A DNA stretch of 64,000 nucleotides, taken from Patescibacteria group bacterium. Its GTDB lineage: Bacteria; Patescibacteriota; JACPGU01. Numbering within the stretch: the first letter of the stretch is position 1; each line of letters starts with the position of its first letter. Below the pieces are notes generated by a model. It was given only the letters and a program-made list of their open reading frames with translations, made no database searches and had not been told where the DNA came from. The DNA lies in the NCBI GenBank assembly GCA_028718745.1, contig JAQULF010000001.1, positions 111,078 to 175,077 of the forward strand, in the 5' to 3' direction. Below are positions 48,179-58,371 of the stretch, one piece after another. Position numbers and translations under genes: made by a program.

Positions 48179-49472
48179 AGCGCCCATTATTAGAAAAATG
48201 AACACAGTCAGAGCCGGTATAAAAATCACCGCTCGGGGTATTGCAGCCGTTGAAATGTATAAGTGCGTAGTTAAACAGAAAGCCCACTAGTTTTTTACTG
48301 CAATGAGCCATGTTGCATTCATAATCTCCGGAGCCGTAAATATCCACTCCTTGACCGCCATTATGGTTTGATTCTCCCGGTTTTGCGGCAATTGTTCCGC
48401 CATTCAAATAATCTTGATAAAGATTTTTTTGGTGTTCACAATTTCGGTAGGCTGACTGTATGCTGAAACATTTACCACAAGCTTGAGAAGCCTTTTTTAA
48501 AGCTTCAGCCATATTGTAGGTTATATATCTTGGTGGATCGGTTACATTTATTAGACTGGTATCAATCGGAACTAATAATAATTTATCAACCACCGCTTGG
48601 CATATTTTATAGTTATTACCATAAGTACCTACTTCTTTACAATTCTCTTCTAAATAACAACTATTATTTGGTCCGACAGATGGTATCACGGCTTTTTCAC
48701 ACTTTACATTTTCCATTCTGGTCGCTTGATTTTCAGCTCGGCTGGTAGTTTGGTCGTAGAGCCTAGAATCTCTTATCTGGTTGGCAGCTTCCGGGAAGTT
48801 CGGAGGAGATGCTTGCAGTGCCGCAATCATATCTTTAAATTTCCTAAGTCCAGCCTCTCCCAATTGAAAGCGCATTTCTACTAGAATTTGCTTAGCTGAA
48901 CCGGGAAGGGAATCATAAGTGTCTTGCCCGACTATGCTCGCAGCGCTTGCTTGAAGAGAGCTAAGATCGCTACTAAAAATAGCATCGGCTTGATCTTGAG
49001 TTATAGTGGGAGCTCCGGAACATTGAGCTTTTGCATCAGGACAGCATTTACTAATAAAGTCTGCCGGATCCATATTTGTAGCACTTGTAAAACTACTGTT
49101 GCTTCCGCCTTCCAGATTGTGTCCATAACCAATAGTACATTTTTTGTTAGTATCTTTATAGGGGTAAAGCCTCAATCCCTCATCGCTTTGCAACTGTTGT
49201 TTTAACGCGCTTGTATCTAGACTTGATCCAGCGCAGCCATAAGATCCTCCCGCTCCGCCTCCGCCAGTGTCCCCGCCCTGTCCCAACTTGCAGGCCAGAT
49301 CAAAAGCCTCCTGCGTTTTGCCAGTTAGAACTACATCTAAGGCTACACGCCAATTGCAGACTCGCTCAAAATGGCTTTTGACGACTCCCAGCATTATGAC
49401 AAACAGAAGAATAGGAATAAAAATTCCCACAATAACTATGGCAATAGCTGCAGCTTTTTGAACACTGTACAT
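48177..49472 (-). CDS. TM-anchored bifunctional peptidoglycan hydrolase: GH24 (T4-type) lysozyme + M15 peptidase
   Basis: DEGLRLYPYKDT..CTIGYGHNL...EMRFQLG..GLRKFK.M (GH24); SAYRNCEHQ..LY, PGESNHNGGQGVDI, VHFS (M15). Confidence 0.85.
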   Translation of the reverse strand: MYSVQKAAAIAIVIVGIFIPILLFVIMLGVVKSHFERVCNWRVALDVVLTGKTQEAFDLACKLGQGGDTGGGGAGGSYGCAGSSLDTSALKQQLQSDEGLRLYPYKDTNKKCTIGYGHNLEGGSNSSFTSATNMDPADFISKCCPDAKAQCSGAPTITQDQADAIFSSDLSSLQASAASIVGQDTYDSLPGSAKQILVEMRFQLGEAGLRKFKDMIAALQASPPNFPEAANQIRDSRLYDQTTSRAENQATRMENVKCEKAVIPSVGPNNSCYLEENCKEVGTYGNNYKICQAVVDKLLLVPIDTSLINVTDPPRYITYNMAEALKKASQACGKCFSIQSAYRNCEHQKNLYQDYLNGGTIAAKPGESNHNGGQGVDIYGSGDYECNMAHCSKKLVGFLFNYALIHFNGCNTPSGDFYTGSDCVHFSNNGR

Positions 49473-49482
49473 TTTGGTTTTT

Positions 49483-51084
49483 TTAGATTCCTTTTTCTAG
49501 CGCTAACTGATATACCCCATCGTTATTTAAAATATAGATTCTTCCATTTCCGGAAAGAATGGATTTGATATTTCCCGGCAGGGTATCTTTTTGGTAATTA
49601 ACCGTCTCTTTAACGCCGGAAATTTTAATTAGCATCAAACTATTATCAGAAGATGACAAAGCAACAAAGCTTTGATTATCTATCCAAGAACAATTCGCTA
49701 GATTTCCTTGCAATTTCAAATCAAGTGTTGTCGAACCTTCAGCGGCGCTAAAATCATAAAGCATAATATTGTTTCCGGATTGATAAATCAGCTTGCTGCC
49801 ATCAGGAGAGAACTGTGCGCCGGTAGATATGCCATCCTCGGTTATTTTGAGAATTGTGCGGGTTTCAAAACTATAAGCATAAACATTGACCTCCTTTGCA
49901 TTGCTGTTAGCTCCGTTTTCCATATTGGCAAAAATAGCCACTCTTTTTCCGTCTGGAGACCAGACCACATCCGGTTCAAATTCAACTGTTTTTATAGCCG
50001 GAATAATAACTTCATAATTGGATCCATCCGGATTGGCGATAGCAAAATCTTTGACCAAATCATTTTGGAAAAGATAGACAATCTTGTCTCCTTGCGGACT
50101 GAAAGAAACATTTTTGATAGGAGGCTGAAGATCTTTTGTGGTGATATTAAGCAGATCGGTTCGATCCAGATTTACCAGCCAATTGAGCTTGGTTCCATCC
50201 CCATATTTTTCAAGGTAAGGTATTTGGGCTACTTTGGACTTGGCCGAATTGGTTACCTTTACGACAAGCTGTCGAGAAGTGGGCGACCAGGCAACTTTGC
50301 TTACTTGTTCAATTGCTTCTATCATAGTCGTTTCTTTCTGATTGGCAAAATTGTATTCCTTGAGATTGTATCCCGCATCAGTTTTGTCAAAATAGGAGAG
50401 TGAATCAATCTCTTTATTATAATTCGCAAAAAATACTTCTTTATCAATAACCTTTTCTATCTTTTGATAAGCTGAAAATTGAAATGACAGGGTATAATTA
50501 TTATTGCCCGGAGAAACACTGATGGTTTTTTGCAGATCGGCAAAACCTTCTTTTCGAGCTGTAACAATATGATCTCCTTTGGAGAGGATCAGCTGGTAGG
50601 GAGAAGTAATGTTTTTATATTCCATGCCGTCGACAAGAAGACTGAATCCCGCTTGATTGGCGGAAACAGTAACGGCGATTTTTTTATTGATAGAATAAAA
50701 ATAATAAGCAGTGCCGCCGACCAGAACCAATAGAAATACAGCTACGGCTGCTGCGATTAGGTTTCTCTTAAGTTTAGGGTTAGCGGCTTTTCTAATCATA
50801 ACCGCCTTGGCTTTTTCTTCCTTCTGAAAAGCCTCTTTGATAGGGGAACTGGTTACCGACTCTTTCGGCAACTCAACCTTATTGTTGCCAAAATAGAAAT
50901 CTTCTTTTTTTGCTTCTTGAGACGGAATAGTGTCTTGGTTCACCTTTGGGAAACCTGTCGAAAGACTATCCTTGCCCCCTGTGGATAAGTCTGGATCTGG
51001 TAATTTGATTTCTGGTGAAATGGGTATATTTCGACTGGATTCTTCTTCGCTTGACCCTTGCGGGCTTGTATTTGTGTCTTCCAC
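49483..51084 (-). CDS. TM-anchored PEGA + TolB-like beta-propeller protein
   Basis: LVDG...GDHIVTARKEGF (PEGA); WSPT, FSPQG, WSPDG and FSPDG repeats. Confidence 0.8.
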   Translation of the reverse strand: MEDTNTSPQGSSEEESSRNIPISPEIKLPDPDLSTGGKDSLSTGFPKVNQDTIPSQEAKKEDFYFGNNKVELPKESVTSSPIKEAFQKEEKAKAVMIRKAANPKLKRNLIAAAVAVFLLVLVGGTAYYFYSINKKIAVTVSANQAGFSLLVDGMEYKNITSPYQLILSKGDHIVTARKEGFADLQKTISVSPGNNNYTLSFQFSAYQKIEKVIDKEVFFANYNKEIDSLSYFDKTDAGYNLKEYNFANQKETTMIEAIEQVSKVAWSPTSRQLVVKVTNSAKSKVAQIPYLEKYGDGTKLNWLVNLDRTDLLNITTKDLQPPIKNVSFSPQGDKIVYLFQNDLVKDFAIANPDGSNYEVIIPAIKTVEFEPDVVWSPDGKRVAIFANMENGANSNAKEVNVYAYSFETRTILKITEDGISTGAQFSPDGSKLIYQSGNNIMLYDFSAAEGSTTLDLKLQGNLANCSWIDNQSFVALSSSDNSLMLIKISGVKETVNYQKDTLPGNIKSILSGNGRIYILNNDGVYQLALEKGI

Positions 51085-51343
51085 TTTTCGCCTCCTTTTT
51101 TGTTTTAGAATATGAAAAAACCGCTAATCAAAGCTATTTTTTCAGATTATATTTAATTTTTATTTTTTAATCTCGTTCTTTGGGTGATTATAACACATTT
51201 TTTATAAATCAAGTATCATTTGAAATTCTTGACAAAGTCGCTTTTCTGTGATACAATGTCCTAATTTCAAAAAATCAAAAAAGATTTCTTGAAAGAAAAT
51301 CCCAGTCAAATCTTGCTTCGCAATTTGACGGGATAAAACAAAA

Positions 51344-52210
51344 ATGAAAAACACAACACTAAACAATTTAATCTCCGATACCGTAGCCAGTAAAAGGGTT
51401 CAGGAATTTGTTGGTAAAACCGCACTATCTTTGAACGGTAAAAGAAGTCTAACCAGACTATCGGATATGGCGGTTTTGAAACCCGAAGACATCTTGTCAT
51501 TATTTCACCAAAAGAAATTGAATGAAAAAGATACCATGTTCTGGCTAGGTGTGCTGGCCGTTAATGCCGAGGAAAAAGCCAAAAAGCACGAACAGTTGGC
51601 GACTATGGATGAATTAACCCAGGTCTATAATCGCAGGGCTTTTATCGATAATCTTTCCAAAGAACTTTCTCGCTTGAGATCAAAACATCTGCAGATTCAA
51701 AAACTGCTTGAGGAACCGATGACTTTGACTTTGATGATTGTGGATATCGACTTCTTCAAAAAAGTTAACGACAAATACGGCCATCTTGCCGGCGACCAAG
51801 CTTTAAGAGGCGTAGCTGATGTTTTGAAGAAACAAGTTAGAGATACTGATTCAGTGTTTAGATATGGCGGTGAGGAATTTACTATTGTTATGCCGGACAC
51901 TCCTCGTGAAGAAGCGCTGGATGCGGCCAAAAGAATTAATCGAGCAATTGCAAAAGCCAACATCTTAATTAATCAAAGAAAGAAGAAATATATTAAAGCA
52001 ACTGTCAGTGTCGGTGTTACTTCAATCGATGGTCACCAACTAGCTGATATGAAGGTAACCGATATGATGATTCCAAAAATGATTGCACAAGCCGACGAAG
52101 CGCTCTATTTTGCCAAAGGCAACGGCAGAAATCAAGTAACGATGTGGACAAAGAAAATTAGAAACGCTTTGAAGAACGGAAAAATAGTTAAAAAGTCACG
52201 CTACGCGTGA
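51344..52210 (+). CDS. GGDEF diguanylate cyclase
   Basis: DELTQVYNRR, DIDFFKKVNDKYGHLAGD, I-site RDTD five residues before GGEEF, ADEALYFAKGNGRN. Confidence 0.95.
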   Translation: MKNTTLNNLISDTVASKRVQEFVGKTALSLNGKRSLTRLSDMAVLKPEDILSLFHQKKLNEKDTMFWLGVLAVNAEEKAKKHEQLATMDELTQVYNRRAFIDNLSKELSRLRSKHLQIQKLLEEPMTLTLMIVDIDFFKKVNDKYGHLAGDQALRGVADVLKKQVRDTDSVFRYGGEEFTIVMPDTPREEALDAAKRINRAIAKANILINQRKKKYIKATVSVGVTSIDGHQLADMKVTDMMIPKMIAQADEALYFAKGNGRNQVTMWTKKIRNALKNGKIVKKSRYA

Positions 52211-52396
52211 TCAGGCGAAGCCCGAAAATCATGTAAGTTGTAATAGAAAACTCCCCGAGAAATCGGAGAGTTTTTTAATGGCTTGCCCCGCGTTTAGGCG
52301 GGGAAAAATCCTCTATTCTTTTATTTTGGAATTGTTATAATGAAACCACAAGGCGAAAGGGCCAGGTTTTTGCTTTGAAAGGGATAAATAAATTTA

Positions 52397-52707
52397 TGAG
52401 GAACAGCGGAAAAAACATTATTGGTAAAAAGATAAATATCCCAAGATTTTGCCAAAAAAATGGCATTAAATATCTTGGTCTTTTTGGTTCCTATGCCAGA
52501 GGTGATTATAGTAAAGATAGTGATATAGATTTGCTTTATGAATTTGAAAAAGGGAAAATAAAAAGTCTATTTGGGTTAGCTGATATACAGATTTCTCTAG
52601 AAAAAAAACTTGGCAAAAAGGTGGATTTAGTTGGAAGAAACTATATTAAGGAAAGACTGAAACCATATATCTATGAAGATTTATTGACCATCTATGAAAA
52701 GAGATAG
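52397..52707 (+). CDS. MNT-family nucleotidyltransferase antitoxin
   Basis: LFGSYARGD...SDIDLL...LGKKVDLV. Confidence 0.9.
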
Positions 52708-53032
52708 AAGCTTATATTGTGAAGATATTTTAAATGCCATAGAGACAATTGGCCTATATATTAAAGGTATCAATTTTGTTGAGTTTTCCAAAAATATCTT
52801 AATTCAAGACGGGGTCATAAGAAGATTTATAGTTATCGGAGAAGCTCTGGCAAAATTAAAATATAATACTGCCGAAGATGACCCGGACTTACCGTTAATT
52901 CAAGCAATTTCGATGAGAAATTTTTTAGTTCATGAATATTATTCCGTTGATTTAGATATAGTTTGGAAAACCGCTAAAGAGGATCTGGAAGAACTTGAAG
53001 AAAAAATTAAAAAACTTTTAGAAACATATTAA
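52694..53032 (+). CDS. HEPN (DUF86/HepT-like) RNase toxin
   Basis: IGEA...MRNFLVHEY (Rx4HxY); overlaps the MNT gene. Confidence 0.9.
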   Translation: MKRDRSLYCEDILNAIETIGLYIKGINFVEFSKNILIQDGVIRRFIVIGEALAKLKYNTAEDDPDLPLIQAISMRNFLVHEYYSVDLDIVWKTAKEDLEELEEKIKKLLETY

Positions 53033-53108
53033 CATTAATGAAAGATTGCTAGATAAATCTAATGAAATAAAAACAAAAACATTGACAAAGTATATACTTT
53101 GTCATAAA

Positions 53109-53375
53109 ATGAATATGAAGGAAATTAGATGGAATGAAGAAAAAAACAAGTGGCTAAAAGAAGAAAGAAATGTTTGTTTTGAAGATTTTGTAGATGATAT
53201 AAAAAACAAAAGATATGTTGCCGAAGTTGATAACAAAAACTATTTAAACCAAAGAAAATTTTTTATTGAGAAAAATGCTTATATCTATGTGATTCCTTAT
53301 GTGGAAAATGACCATGAATTTTTTTTAAAAACAATAATGCCTAGCCGAAAGGCTACTAAACAATACTTAAAATAG
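53109..53375 (+). CDS. BrnT/RelE-like toxin
   Basis: WNEEKNKWLKEERNVCFED...YVIPYVE...FLKTIMPSRKATK. Confidence 0.75.
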   Translation: MNMKEIRWNEEKNKWLKEERNVCFEDFVDDIKNKRYVAEVDNKNYLNQRKFFIEKNAYIYVIPYVENDHEFFLKTIMPSRKATKQYLK

Positions 53376-53387
53376 GAAGGAAAATTT

Positions 53388-53723
53388 ATGCAAAAAAAAA
53401 TAAAGTTTGGTGTAAAAGATTTAGAATTTGACATGGATGCGCTGGATGAAGAGGAAAAACAAATTGTTCGCGATATGAAAGCTGGAAATTATAATATAGT
53501 ACCAATTTCTAATGCAAGAAGAAGAGAGCTGGAACAAGCTGCTAAAAATACTTTGAAAAGATTGGAAAAAGAAAAGAAAGAAAAAAACATAAATATTCGC
53601 TTGGCAGAACGAGATCTTAACAGCTTGAAATCCAAAGCGCTTAAAAGCGGATTGCCGTACCAAACCTTGATTGGCGTTTTGATCCGACAATATAATGATA
53701 ATAAGATAGAAATAAAGGTTTAA
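53388..53723 (+). CDS. RHH/CopG-type antitoxin
   Basis: KNINIRLAERDL..LKSKA...GLPYQTLI. Confidence 0.8.
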   Translation: MQKKIKFGVKDLEFDMDALDEEEKQIVRDMKAGNYNIVPISNARRRELEQAAKNTLKRLEKEKKEKNINIRLAERDLNSLKSKALKSGLPYQTLIGVLIRQYNDNKIEIKV

Positions 53724-53839
53724 ATAAAAAGGACTCCCCGTCCAAAAGTGTAGTGTATAAACTACGGCGGAAAGCCTTTATGAGAACATAAAGGCATACA
53801 AATCAAAACAAGTCAACAATTTTTTAGAGTGAGGGCATA

Positions 53840-56800
53840 ATGTTTATCAAACACAAATACAAAACAAAAAAATTCATCTTCATCTTTTTGGCAACCATCT
53901 TAGCCGTCCAAATCGGAGGGTCTTTTTTTGGAACTTTTTTAAATAAAGCTTTAGCAACCGGTACCACTGGAAGCTGGGTAAATCTATCAATTCCTTCAGG
54001 AGCAACTGAATGGGATGTAAGTAGTGATCTTCAATTAGCATGTTCGAATATATCCGGACTCGATACTAATATATATCCTGATCAAGACTCTGCAAACGGA
54101 TATTATCAACAGGGTACTAGCCACGCGACCTATAGTGTTCGCTGTTCCTGGGATTGGGCTACTAACCATGAGTATGCTGGCAAAAATATTGTTTTATATA
54201 AATTAAGGAATAAAGCTACTGACAAAGATATGATTGATGTACAGCCAATTGCCGGTGCGCTTACAGGAGAATGTACCCTTAGCAATCTTAACACTAAAAT
54301 AGAATGTCGTTTTGAAGATAGCTCAAGATGGGTAGTTGATGTTAAAGCAGACAAACCATTTAAAGCAAGCGACTATCAATTGATGGCAGAATTTGGTGCG
54401 ACAGGCGGAGCTCCTTTGAGTCAAATAGACGATGCTAAATTAATAGAATCACAGCAATATTTTAATGCTATACAAACGATTACAAATAGAGTTTTGGACA
54501 ATGGATACGCAGAAAAAGTAAATGATTATGATATTGCTAACCTCCACAGAACTAATTTTATAAATGCTTTGAAAGATTCTAAAACATGTAAGGATGCTGC
54601 AAAATATGTTTCAACCTCACCTCCAACAGAGGGAGATTGGCTAGCCTATCTTACTAATCCTAAGGTTCTTTTTCAAAACATAGCTGATTTTTTTACGAAT
54701 GCGCAGGATATTAACGCTGCTTGTACTCAATACATATCTCAAGTAAATGGGAATGTTTATATAGTTAATGCCGCATGGGCCGCAACTTCGAACTGCGCTG
54801 CAGGAGGAGCTACAACAGCTGATGCTCTTAAGACATGTGTAGCACAAGATGCTACCTATCAAAAAGCTATCGAATTAAATACAGCAAGGCAAAAAGGGGC
54901 GGAACAGGCAGTTATTGATCAGTCAAAAACAGGTCCTAAATTATCCGATGCGGGTGGTTGTGGCGCAGCATTAGATGATCCTAATGCTAGTGTTGATATC
55001 AGTCAGCTGATTGAGCCTTTTCCGGCTGCTATCATGTGTTTTGTTGAGAAGTATGTATTAAATGGAATACAATATGTTTCCAAGAACTGGGTCGATCAGA
55101 ATTTTAGCAGTTTATTAACGGTGGGGATTATTGATAATCCCGTGGCCCAATCTGTGGCTAGAGTCTTTATTAATTTTATAAACAGTCTCTTTCTTTTACT
55201 GGCTCTAATCTCAATTTTTATTACCACTTTAAAAATTGATATACCCTCAATGGATCTCAAGTCCTGGCAGTTAAAAAGAATGATCCCAACTATAATCGCT
55301 ACTATAATTTTGGTTAATTATAGTTTGAGTATTGCCAATCTAGTAATAGCGATCATGGATAGTTTGGTTGGATATTTTGGAGCGGGAGGGGGAAATTTCT
55401 TTAGCTTTGGAACCGATCCCAATTCTCTTATGTGGTCAGTAGGAGGCATTCCTTGGGGGTTGCTGGCATTTAGAATTTTATTTTTAGTTGCTTTCTTGCT
55501 GGTAATCATTTATTTAATGCTTGTTTTATGGGTTAGGAAATTAGCGCTGGTACTTTTAGCTATGTTCGCTCCAGTTCCTTATTTGGCTAATGCTATACCA
55601 ATAAGCTCGATAAAAGAATTAACAGGATCTTGGTGGAAAAACTTTATGAATTGGGCTTTTATGGGGCCATTGGTCGCTGCTCTTTTATATGCTGCTTCAA
55701 TTGCCATAACCAGTGCGACCGAAACCAAACTCGGGATTGGAAATCTTCCTATTAATTTTGGTGCTGGCGAAATTATACCGGTATCGCCTAGTGGATTTTG
55801 GGCCGGAATTAGTCTGACCAACATGGTTTTGGTTGGCATAATTTTATATCTGGCAGCGACCATGCCTTTGAAATTGGGCGGAGCGGTGATGAGTGCGGTT
55901 CAAAAAGCGACGACCGGCAGAGCGGGGAAATTGGCGGGCACAATAGCAAAAGGAACGGCCGGATTTTATGCCAGCAAGGCGGCCAGAGGATTGGGCATAC
56001 CTTCTATCGAAGAGATTAAAAAGGGATTTGCGGAAAACAGAAGAGTGCAATTGGCCAAAGCTTCCGAAAAAGGAGCTAAGAAAAGAGAAAAAGCATTCGG
56101 AGGCGTTAGTGCCATGACAGATATTTTTGAAAACTATTGGAATATGAAGGGAATTGGTAAGCTGCCTTTTTCAACAGCCAGACAAAAGAAAGCCGAAGCC
56201 GATTTATTAGCAAAGAACAGAAAAGTCAGGGAACTTAAAGATAGTGGCGCAAATGCAGATGAAATAGTGGGAGCAACAAAAGAAGCTGATGCCGCGAGAA
56301 TGAGGCTTATGAATATAAGACCGACAAACTACAATACCAGAGTAGAGAGATTGGGGAGAGAGTCGGAAGAGTTGAAAAAGATAGCAAGCATAAATAGATC
56401 GGAAGAATTGAATTCGCTTCTTGATAAAGCAATTATGGAAAAAAATCAAACAAGAGCCTCGGCCATCATGCGACAGATGGCGAGTAATGCCGATGAGAAT
56501 GAATACTTGAATCGCCATAATTTTAGTAGCGGTAGAGAGGGCATGCAGGCGTTTACTAGAGAAGTATTAATAGGAAAACTGGGTATGAACAGACAGCAGG
56601 CTTTGGAATTGGAAATGGATATTTCTAATACTGCTGAAAAGAATGGACATATGCAAGCTTCCAAGACCGTATACATGGAGGATGGGATATTGGATCATGC
56701 TACAGCTACACAACACCAAGATGCTATCAGAGCAGAGACTATAAAGATGGATTCTCAAAAGCAAGCGATCAATTTCAATCGTCTAGCCTATGGTTATGAG

Positions 56801-57127
56801 ACGCCGGACAGAGTGTTCCACTTGACAGGGGAAGGCAAAGAGTTGTTAAGAGCAATAGGACCTGGATTGAGAGAACAGCTTAACAGAATGAATGTGAATG
56901 CGGTTGAAAACCTTACTGCTAACGGCATAATACAAGAATTGGAAGTCGATCCACAGATAGACAAACAATTTTTACAAGTGCTGGTAGCCAAAAGGCTGGG
57001 GTATACTAAGGACGATAAAGAGCAACTCAAGGCAATAAAAGTAGATAAGTATGTAGAACATTTGAATGGGGGTGGAGACTGGCAGTCTTACAAGGCTACT
57101 ATAGAAGCATCACTACCTGCTGCGTAA
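53840..57127 (+). CDS. VirB6/TrbL-like multi-pass protein with large N- and C-terminal soluble domains
   Basis: Signal peptide; ILVNYSL, LWVRKLALVLLAMFAPVPYL...WWKNF..WAF.GP core; Gly/Ala-rich post-TM tail. Confidence 0.75.
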   Translation: MFIKHKYKTKKFIFIFLATILAVQIGGSFFGTFLNKALATGTTGSWVNLSIPSGATEWDVSSDLQLACSNISGLDTNIYPDQDSANGYYQQGTSHATYSVRCSWDWATNHEYAGKNIVLYKLRNKATDKDMIDVQPIAGALTGECTLSNLNTKIECRFEDSSRWVVDVKADKPFKASDYQLMAEFGATGGAPLSQIDDAKLIESQQYFNAIQTITNRVLDNGYAEKVNDYDIANLHRTNFINALKDSKTCKDAAKYVSTSPPTEGDWLAYLTNPKVLFQNIADFFTNAQDINAACTQYISQVNGNVYIVNAAWAATSNCAAGGATTADALKTCVAQDATYQKAIELNTARQKGAEQAVIDQSKTGPKLSDAGGCGAALDDPNASVDISQLIEPFPAAIMCFVEKYVLNGIQYVSKNWVDQNFSSLLTVGIIDNPVAQSVARVFINFINSLFLLLALISIFITTLKIDIPSMDLKSWQLKRMIPTIIATIILVNYSLSIANLVIAIMDSLVGYFGAGGGNFFSFGTDPNSLMWSVGGIPWGLLAFRILFLVAFLLVIIYLMLVLWVRKLALVLLAMFAPVPYLANAIPISSIKELTGSWWKNFMNWAFMGPLVAALLYAASIAITSATETKLGIGNLPINFGAGEIIPVSPSGFWAGISLTNMVLVGIILYLAATMPLKLGGAVMSAVQKATTGRAGKLAGTIAKGTAGFYASKAARGLGIPSIEEIKKGFAENRRVQLAKASEKGAKKREKAFGGVSAMTDIFENYWNMKGIGKLPFSTARQKKAEADLLAKNRKVRELKDSGANADEIVGATKEADAARMRLMNIRPTNYNTRVERLGRESEELKKIASINRSEELNSLLDKAIMEKNQTRASAIMRQMASNADENEYLNRHNFSSGREGMQAFTREVLIGKLGMNRQQALELEMDISNTAEKNGHMQASKTVYMEDGILDHATATQHQDAIRAETIKMDSQKQAINFNRLAYGYETPDRVFHLTGEGKELLRAIGPGLREQLNRMNVNAVENLTANGIIQELEVDPQIDKQFLQVLVAKRLGYTKDDKEQLKAIKVDKYVEHLNGGGDWQSYKATIEASLPAA

Positions 57128-57142
57128 ATTAAAGAAAAAGCC

Positions 57143-57886
57143 ATGGACAATAAAATTACAATTGAACAATTGAAAAAACCGGAGTTTTTGGAATCAGCCA
57201 AAAAAAGGTTGGACGATATTTTGAATTATGATTCCGGTAAGGAAGCTCGGGACTTTGCTTATGATTTAGAAAAAGTATTAAAGGAAAATCCTGATTTTGA
57301 GAAAGCATCTCCCGACCTTTATAATCAATATCAAGATCTTATTGTCAAATTAAAATTAGTGGGCTTGCAGTTTTTGAAGGATGAAGAAATAGTTCCGGTT
57401 TTGAAAGATCATTTTTCCATTATGCTTTTATCTTTCCCGCCGGTTACCAATGACATTGTCGATAAATTAAGAGCCCACCTAGTCGGCATTCCTGTTTACG
57501 AAGAAAGAGATACTCTAAAAGGAGAGATTATGAAAATTTTAGTGGAAAGTCAAGAAACTATAACTACCAATAACTTGCGAGATGAAAATGGGATTGGGCA
57601 GCCCCCCACTATTGCTAATTGGATAAAGGATTATTTGCGAGAGACACAAGGACCGGAAGATGAATCTTTGAAATTGATTATGTATTTGACCAATGCTCGC
57701 GGTAAAATGAATTTATCCGATAAAGAAGCCGACGCATTAAAATCTTTTTTGTCGCTTTATGAATTTTTGAGGCATTCTTCTCTGACGCCGGAAGGATTGG
57801 AAGAAAGCGTACTTTTCAGCGAAGACGGCCTCTTGAAGATTTTGAGGCAAGGACAGGTGGAGGTAATAGGACCAGCAGGAGGATAG
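57143..57886 (+). CDS. Hypothetical protein in the T4SS-like cluster
   Basis: Long co-oriented ORF; PTIANWIKDY...LYEFLR.SSLTPEG. Confidence 0.7.
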   Translation: MDNKITIEQLKKPEFLESAKKRLDDILNYDSGKEARDFAYDLEKVLKENPDFEKASPDLYNQYQDLIVKLKLVGLQFLKDEEIVPVLKDHFSIMLLSFPPVTNDIVDKLRAHLVGIPVYEERDTLKGEIMKILVESQETITTNNLRDENGIGQPPTIANWIKDYLRETQGPEDESLKLIMYLTNARGKMNLSDKEADALKSFLSLYEFLRHSSLTPEGLEESVLFSEDGLLKILRQGQVEVIGPAGG

Positions 57887-57938
57887 CTTCGTTAGCTTTT
57901 AGCTCCATTCAAGGGTAAATCAAAGATTAAAAATCAAA

Positions 57939-58313
57939 ATGGAAAATGACAAAGAAAAATTTAAAAAGGAATTCAAAAAAAGATTATATAACTTCGTACT
58001 TCGTTTAATAAATTATATCAATAAACTTACAAGGTCGCAGTCGAATGATGTTATAGGAAAACAACTATTAAGAAGCGGCACAAGTATATTAGCAAACTTT
58101 ATAGAAGCAAATTCAGCCAGCAGTAAAAAGGATTTTATAAATTTTTTTAATCACAGTTTAAAGTCTGCAAATGAATCTAAGGTTTGGCTAACATTATTTA
58201 GGGATACAAATAACTCAGGAAAAGAAGAAAATGAGTTTCTAATCAATGAACTTTGTGAAATAGCTAATATTTTAGCTTCAAGCATATTAACCTTAAAGGG
58301 GAAAAAGAAGTAA
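57939..58313 (+). CDS. Four-helix-bundle protein framed by inverted heptamer arrays
   Basis: GKQLLRSGTSILANFIEANSASSKKDF...LKSANESKVWL; arms near 57917-57968 and 58312-58365. Confidence 0.88.
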   Translation: MENDKEKFKKEFKKRLYNFVLRLINYINKLTRSQSNDVIGKQLLRSGTSILANFIEANSASSKKDFINFFNHSLKSANESKVWLTLFRDTNNSGKEENEFLINELCEIANILASSILTLKGKKK

Positions 58314-58371
58314 TTTTAGATTTTATATATTTCATTTTGATTTTTGATATTTACATTTTAATTTAACTCAT

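Noticed and set aside
51241-51343. c-di-GMP riboswitch upstream of the GGDEF gene
   Set aside because: Only a single hairpin of the CCCCGTCAAAT repeat family; no two-stem GNRA/receptor architecture visible.
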